The notes under the pieces were generated by a model that was not told the origin of the DNA, did no database searches, and was given only the letters and a program-made list of their open reading frames with translations. The position numbers and the translations under genes are program-made. A stretch of DNA of 64,000 nucleotides, from positions 89,195,666 through 89,259,665 of the forward strand of contig NC_057710.1 of NCBI RefSeq assembly GCF_004010195.1, read 5' to 3'. Within the stretch, counting starts at the first letter, position 1. Every line of letters starts with the position of its first letter. The stretch comes from Chiloscyllium plagiosum (Eukaryota). Positions 57,206 through 64,000 of the stretch are shown here, piece after piece.

Positions 57206-58439
57206 GTATGTGTGCCAAGTTCTTAAAATATGTATATAATCTAGAAATTTAATGACAAGTAGGTAATCTAAAAGGAGTCTTTAAATAGGTGGTACTTTCA
57301 GTGCTCACCTGAAACATAGCAGTCATTAAATTGTAGTCGTTGCATTACACTTGTTAATCCGTCAATGAGTATGGCTTTATATTTAATGCTATACAGTGAC
57401 CTGACTAAACTCTTCATTTCAACAATCACTGGCAAAAAATAGTGATATTGAATAAAATGGCATCAGTGGTTCAATCATATGTCATTTAAACTGGAGTGAA
57501 TAGAAAGTTTCAATCTCATCAACCAGTTTACATGGGAACAGGAGTAGGCCATTTTGCCCCTCAAGCCTATTCCACCATTGTGAGATCTTGGCTGATCTGT
57601 GTTCTAAGTCCATACACCTGCCTTTGGCCCATATCCCTTAATAGCTTTACACAAATTTATCTATCTCAGATTAAAAATTAACAACTGAATCACCATCCAA
57701 TGCCATTTTATGGAAGAGAGTTCCAAACATTTATCACCATTACGTGAAGAAGTGCTTCCTAACATTTCTCCTGAATGGTCTGGCTTCAATTTTCAGATTA
57801 TGCCCCTGGAAATTCTTATATATACCCTGTTTTTTTTCCTTTTGATTCCTTCTATACTTTAATCAGATCACCCTTTAATCTTCTAATTCTAGGGAAAGCG
57901 GGCCTAATGTGTGCAATCTCTTGTCATAACTTAGTCCCTGAAGTCCAGTTATAATTGTTGTTAACCTACATTGTACTCCCTCCAAGGGGGAAGCACAGGG
58001 TACTTCAAGTGGGATCTAGCCATGGTTCGAGTCTTAGAGTCGTAGAGATGTACAGCTTGGAAACAGACACTTTGGTCCAACTTGTCCAAGCCGGCCAGAT
58101 TAATCCAGTCCCATTTGCCAGCACTTGCCCATATCCCTCTCAACTCTTTTTATGTACCCATCTAGATGCCTTTTAAATGTAATTGTACCAGCCTCCACCT
58201 CTGGCAGCTCATTCCATGCATGCACCACCCCCTGCCCCTTAAATCCCTTTTAACTTTTTACCCTCTCACCTTCAACCAATGCTCTCTAGTTTTGAGCTCC
58301 CCTACTCTAGGGAAAAGACGTTGGCTGTTCAGCCTCTCTATGTCCCTCATGATTCGGAGATGCCGGTGTTGGACTGGGGTGTACAAAGTTAAAAATCCCA
58401 CAACACCAGGTTATAGTCCAACAGGTTTAATTGCAAGCA

Positions 58440-58474
58440 CACTAGCTTTCGGAGCGATGCTCCTTCATCAGGTG
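58440..58474 (-). ncRNA. Minimal type I hammerhead ribozyme motif
   Basis: Reverse complement: CAC CUGAUGA A GGAGC-auc-GCUCC GAAA GCUA GUG. Confidence 0.82.
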
Positions 58475-58479
58475 ATTGT

Positions 58480-58514
58480 CACCTGATGAAGGAGCGTCGC
58501 TCTGAAAGCTAGTG
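58480..58514 (+). ncRNA. Minimal type I hammerhead ribozyme motif
   Basis: CAC CUGAUGA A GGAGC-guc-GCUCU GAAA GCUA GUG. Confidence 0.8.
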
Positions 58515-60085
58515 TGCTTGCAATTAAACCTGTTGGACTATAACCTGGTGTCGTGTGATTTTTAACTATGTCCCTCATGATTTTGTAAACCTCTAAGGTC
58601 GCCCCTCAGCCTCCAATGCTCCAGGGAAAACAGCCCCATCCTATTCAGCATCTCCCCATAGCTCAAACCCTCCAACCCTGGTAACATCCTTGTAAATCTT
58701 TTCTAAAACCTTTCAAGTTTCCTAAAGCAGTTCTATTTATCTGTAGCCTAACCTCTTTATCCTTGTGTACCAATCCTCTAGATATAAAGGTCAGCATTCA
58801 TTAGCTTTCTTGATTAACTTCTGCACCTGTTTGTGACATTTTAAAGATCAATGCTTCTGAGCAGCAATTTTCTTTGGATATCCACTGTATTTAACTCCAA
58901 ACCATCTAGAAGTATCCTTTTCTATTTTTTTTTCAGTTCAAAATGGATAACCTCACACTTCCTTCCTTTGAACTCTTTCTGCCACAGTTTTTCTCATTCA
59001 GTTAGTCTTATCAACATCCCTTTGTAATTTTATGATGTAATCTACACTGTCTACAATGCTGTCTGTCTTTTTGATGATGGTATGACAACCCATGAAAGAA
59101 CTAAAACAGTTGAGGTTGATTATTTTACTAAATGTATTATAACATTTTAAACCTGGCCTTCTATCATATCCCACAACTATGTTGTGTAGCTGATTTATAA
59201 ACATTTAAGGATGGTAGTAAATGATTGCCTACTATCAATGCTCATATTTTGAGAGTAAAGGAAAAAGTAAAAGTTCTATCCTCATTAATTTCTTAAGCTG
59301 TGCAGTTGGAAAGGAATTCCAAGATTTTGGTCTAGCAGCAGTGAAAATAGCGATAATAGTTCATAGTCCAGCTACCCTGAGTCTTGGAGGGAAACTTGCA
59401 AATGGTGGTGTTTTAGTACAGCTGCTGCCCTCCTTCCAGCTAATAAGGATTACAGCAAAGTGCTTGTTGAGGAAGCCTTTGCATCCTGTGGATGCTATGT
59501 ACTGCTTTCTTCAGCAGCAGTGTTTGAAGGAATGAATGAGATGTTCATCAACCAAGTTATTTCCATCTTGGATGAGGTCAAGCTTTAAGTGTTTGAAGCT
59601 GCATTCATCCTGGCACATGAGGAATATTCTATCAGACTTCTGACTTGTGCATAAAGATAGTAGACAGACTTTTGGGGGCCAGGAAATGAGTCACCTGCTG
59701 CAGAATTCCCTGAGAATTGAAGCTACAATATTTAGGAGGCAGCTAAATATAAAAGGAATAGATGATAAAATGGAAGTACAAGTAGATACATTGAATCACT
59801 GAACCACAAAAAAAAGGGGTAGGCCTATTTGATCTATCAAGTTCACCCCACCATTCATTAAAAGCATGAATGAATCTGATTGTGGCCTTAACTTCACTTA
59901 CCCAAATCTTTGAGTCCCCTGTAGATCAAAACTCAATTGGACTCATCCTTGAATAAATCCAATACCGAATCCATATTCCTCTCTGCAGTACAGAATTCTA
60001 TGCATTCATGACCCTCTGAGAGAACACCTACCTTGTAATTTCACTCTTCAGTGGTAGATTAAATATTTTGAAACCAGACCCCCAA

Positions 60086-61088
60086 GGTGGCGTGGTGGTT
60101 TAAGGACCTGGGTTCAATTCCACTGTCTGGCGACTGTGTGGAGTTTGTACATTCTCCCGGTGTCTGCGTGGATTTCCTCCCACGGTCCAAAGATGTGCAG
60201 GTTAGGTGAGTTATCCATGCTAAATTTCCCATTGTGTCCAATAATGTGCAGGTCAGCTGGATTAGCCATGGGAAATGCAGGGTTATAGGGATAGGGTAGG
60301 GGGTGGGTCTGTGTGGAATGTTCTTCGGAAGGTCGGTGTGGACCCGATGGGCCAAAAGACATCCTTCCACGCTGTCGGAGAATATAGCTCAATTAATCAG
60401 AGATCACAACCACACAAATCGAACTGAGAACTGATAAGGATTTATTTAACAAATAGTGATATTATGGAAGAGACTTGACCCCACTGAGACAATCACTGAC
60501 AGGCTGTTCAGAAGGAAATACAGCTTCTTCCCCGAACAGAGAATACAATAGAGTTTTATACTCTTACAAAAATGAAGTGTGAGTAACGAGACAATGGTGT
60601 GAGTTGTACAACAAAGAGGAATAAAGTTGATGCATTGAAAAGATTCAAGTGTCCGTTGTCTGACAATGAGTTTCTTAATTGACTCAGGAGATTCTGATCC
60701 TTGGCTGGAGTAGTGTTAGTGGGTTTCATCCTGGTATCAATATGTTCGTATTGTTGAGGGGGCAAGCAAAATAACTTTGATGCCTCGTTGTGTGGGTATC
60801 CTTTGTGAAGGCTTGACTCCTAGTGGGAGCAGCTGTGCCCTAAGGACATCAGAGGTGCTGGGCTCTTGTGAAGTAGGAGGCTCATTATCACTTAATCAGA
60901 AGAAGTATATTCTCTTGGTCTGGATAAGGCATGTGTGATGTTTGGGACGGCTGGTTTGGCCAATTTGAGGCATTATGGGTAGGCTCAGTGGCTAAGTGCA
61001 GACATTTTGTTTTGTCTGTTTTGTGGCCATCTCGTGGGGAGGCTGGAACCTGTATTTTCTCCCACACACGCGATTGGGATTCTATGAT
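60086..61088 (+). mobile_element. HE1-like SINE whose tail is split by a solo LTR
   Basis: gggttcaattcc B box. The tail gggattctatgat resumes after 61071. Confidence 0.8.
60373..61066 (-). mobile_element. Solo LTR, 694 bp, 5-bp TSD
   Basis: TG...CA ends, imperfect terminal IR tgtcggagaatata / tgtattttctcccaca, TSD cacgc (60368-60372 / 61067-61071), minus-strand AATAAA at ~60441. Confidence 0.8.
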
Positions 61089-61459
61089 GATAGTTCTGGG
61101 TTCTCTGTAAGAGTACAATTCTTCACAGCATCCACTCCTTCCAACCGCCTCAATAAGATCAGCTCTCAGTCTTTTAAATTCTAATGATTTCATCCCAATC
61201 TTTCCTCAGAAGATGACAACTCAATCAAGGATTCCATTCCTACAATAAGACATTAGAGTAGAATTAGGTCATTCAGCCCATTGAGTCTGCTTGGCCTTTC
61301 AATCATGGCTGATCTGTTTCTCATTCCATTCTTCTGTTTTCTCCCCATTATCCTTGATCCCTTTACTAATCAAAAATCTATGAATTAATTGTGATTAGAA
61401 AAGAGACAAATTTCACTAATGCTCAGGCTGCATTAGTGCATGCAGGGTTGTGCAGCTTG

Positions 61460-61825
61460 GAGTCATAGAGATGTACAGCGCGGAAACAGATCCTTTGGTC
61501 CAACTCATCCATGCCGACCAGATATCCTAACCTAATCTAGTCCCTTTTGCCAGCACTTGGCCCATATCCCCCTAAACCATTCCTATTCATATACCCATCC
61601 AGATGCCTTTTAAATGCTATAATTGTACCAGCCTCCACCACTTCCTCTGCAGCTCCTTCCATGCATACACCACATGCATGTGAAAAAATTGCCCCGTAGG
61701 TCCCTAAATATCTTTCCTCTCACTCTAAATTATGCCCTCTAGTTCTGGACTCCTCCATCTCAGGCAAAAGACATTGTCGATTTATCCTACCCATGCCCCT
61801 CATGATTTCATAGACTTCTATCAAG
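61460..61825 (-). mobile_element. CR1 3'-end fragment
   Basis: gagtcatagagatgtacagc terminus, reverse complement of 54600-54955. Confidence 0.87.
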
Positions 61826-63861
61826 TCAAATTTGTGTCTTTGCAGTTCTTGTCATATCTTTATACCTCACATTGCTTGGTGCAATGTTCACAGCATTAAA
61901 TATTTGGCAGGGTCTGCTTACTGTTGACTAACTCTGCATCTCTCTTAGGCAAAGGGGACCATTTTCATTCTGGTCCACTTCTCCTCAAGGCTTCCATGAT
62001 ACCATTAGAGAAAGGGTGGCTCTGGAAGATATGAACTTCACATACAATAACTATCTTTGAATTATGTGAACCCTGATATTTCTCTGTACCACAGTAGGCA
62101 ATCTGCGCATAATCATGAATAGTCTATAGAAATGAAAGTGCAGCTGGCATCAGTTTTGGGTCAAGCCCATTTAGTACTCAATTACATCTGCTGACCCTTC
62201 TTCCAAGGATGAATCGAACTCTACTTTGCTGTAATAAGCTTTTCAGTTAAACTTGCCAAACAAGCACACTGAGTCCATGACCTTTCCTTGTTACTCTGCA
62301 ATCTTGAATTTCTTTATCCCTAAACAAAGTTTATTTGAAAGCAATCTGTTATGTTTTTGGCAGGTCATCTAGAAGTTTGCTACCTGTGTCATAACTGTCG
62401 TCGCATTTGGTTTGCATTAGCTTCTGGTTAAGCAGAGCATCTCTTAACATTTTAATCCTTATTTTCAAATCCTGCATGCTCTCAGCCCTTCATATCTCTG
62501 TAATCTCCTCTTACTATACAATTCTCTAAGAACTCTGCACTCTTGAACATCCCAATCTTAATTGGTCCACAATCGGTGGCCATTCTTTCAGCTACCAAGG
62601 CTGTAAGGTGCTCGAAAGTTTCCACCCTAAATCTCTCTGCCTCTGTATCTTTAATTTCTTTCTTAGCTTGTCCCTGAAAAATTTGAACCTCTTTTGTGGC
62701 TCCATGTCAAAATGTATAGTGTTGCTGTGAAGCAGTAGTAGTCTCTCTAATTCTCCACACCTCACAACCTGCACTTTGCTGTTCAGTTGCTAATAAAAAA
62801 CTTCAGTTTAACACTTGGACCTAGGAAAAAGAATGCATAAGATTGTTTACTGTTGCCTTCTTCACATGTGCTTAAAAGAAACAGTGATTGCCTTCAAAAG
62901 GATGCTACACCTGCTCAGTTGTTGTCCATTCAGATTCTAGGTATTCGATTATCACTGTCTTAGGCCAATTATATTATGTTGTATGTGCAGTATAAGTGCA
63001 AGTTGTTGCTGACTGTCAAATAATTATTTCATGCTTGCCATGCTGTCATTTGTAAGCATGGAAACAAATACTTTAGAATTGAATATATAAATAATGTCCT
63101 GATTGTCAAGGAATCAATTTTTGAGTAATACAACAGACAATGGTAACTATAATAATGAAAAAATCCACAGGGGACAGTGGTGAATAAGTAACATTATATG
63201 AAAAAGAATTTGGGGAAAAGGGCAGTGAAGACAATGTTGCACACACTTAATTTAGTATAAAAGACATACTGCCAGATGGCTGGAAAACAACTCATGTAAT
63301 TCCTGTATTTACAAAGTAGAAGAACATATAAACACAACATATAATGCGTAGCCTTCTAAAGACAGACTCTTGCTTAACCAATCATATTGAATTTTGAGGT
63401 CTTTATACTGGAAAGAGTAGACAGTAATGCAGTAGATACACTTTGTTTGGATTTTGAAATGCCTCAATAAAGTGTCACATGATAGACTGATGAATCATAA
63501 AAATTAGAAAACGTGGAGTCAGAAAACAGGTGACAAATGCATTTCTTTCTGGCTTCAAATTAAAGGTGGGGTGGGTGGGGGGTTCTGGGTGTCAAATTCA
63601 GAGTGGTGGTAGTAGGTACTGGTATTCCACAAATATCAGTATTGGGATCAAAATTTTGATTTAGAATCGATCAATTGCAGAGAAGTGGATTGCTTCCCAT
63701 ATAATGTAAACACTTCCTCATATATTCGTTTGATATATTTTGTATATCTGTCCTTTTTCTGCACTGGTGTTAGTTGTATTATATGGAAAGTGCATATTTG
63801 TGGTCCTAGTTATTTATAGTCTTTTAGCTATTGGAACATTTCCTTTTTTATTCCTTTATAG

Positions 63862-63966
<105 letters not shown>

Positions 63967-64000
63967 TGAGTACAGAAATTTAGGTATATTTTACACACAT

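Larger units (their letters stand above)
58355..58565. mobile_element. Palindromic PLE-terminal-repeat element, family B
   Basis: ~88-bp inverted arms centred at ~58477. 17-bp TSD ctatgtccctcatgatt (58338-58354 / 58566-58582). Confidence 0.9.
58036..58730 (-). mobile_element. CR1 3' fragment hosting a PLE palindrome
   Basis: tagagtcgtagag terminus, colinear on both sides of the insertion. Confidence 0.85.

Overview
Eukaryotic (vertebrate) genomic DNA, most likely a cartilaginous fish judging from the HE1-type SINEs and abundant CR1 LINEs. The whole window lies inside one + strand gene, FRYL (furry-like). Ten constitutive GT-AG exons (1019 nt, phases all compatible) encode the N-terminal region from EKPLSRSLQRGEDLQFDQ to [10 protein letters not shown]. 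There is also a 45-nt frame-preserving cassette exon, and possibly a second, GC-donor 45-nt exon just upstream of it. The introns are filled with decayed and nested CR1 LINEs, tRNA-derived SINEs, three solo-LTR-like elements and Penelope-like (PLE) retroelements. The most notable non-gene signal is a dense set of short PLE-terminal-repeat insertions with 10-17 bp target-site duplications that carry minimal type I hammerhead ribozyme motifs. Two of them are near-perfect ~180-bp palindromes with a hammerhead on each strand. Almost all ORFs in the supplied track are TE remnants, gap artefacts or noise. Two assembly gaps are present.
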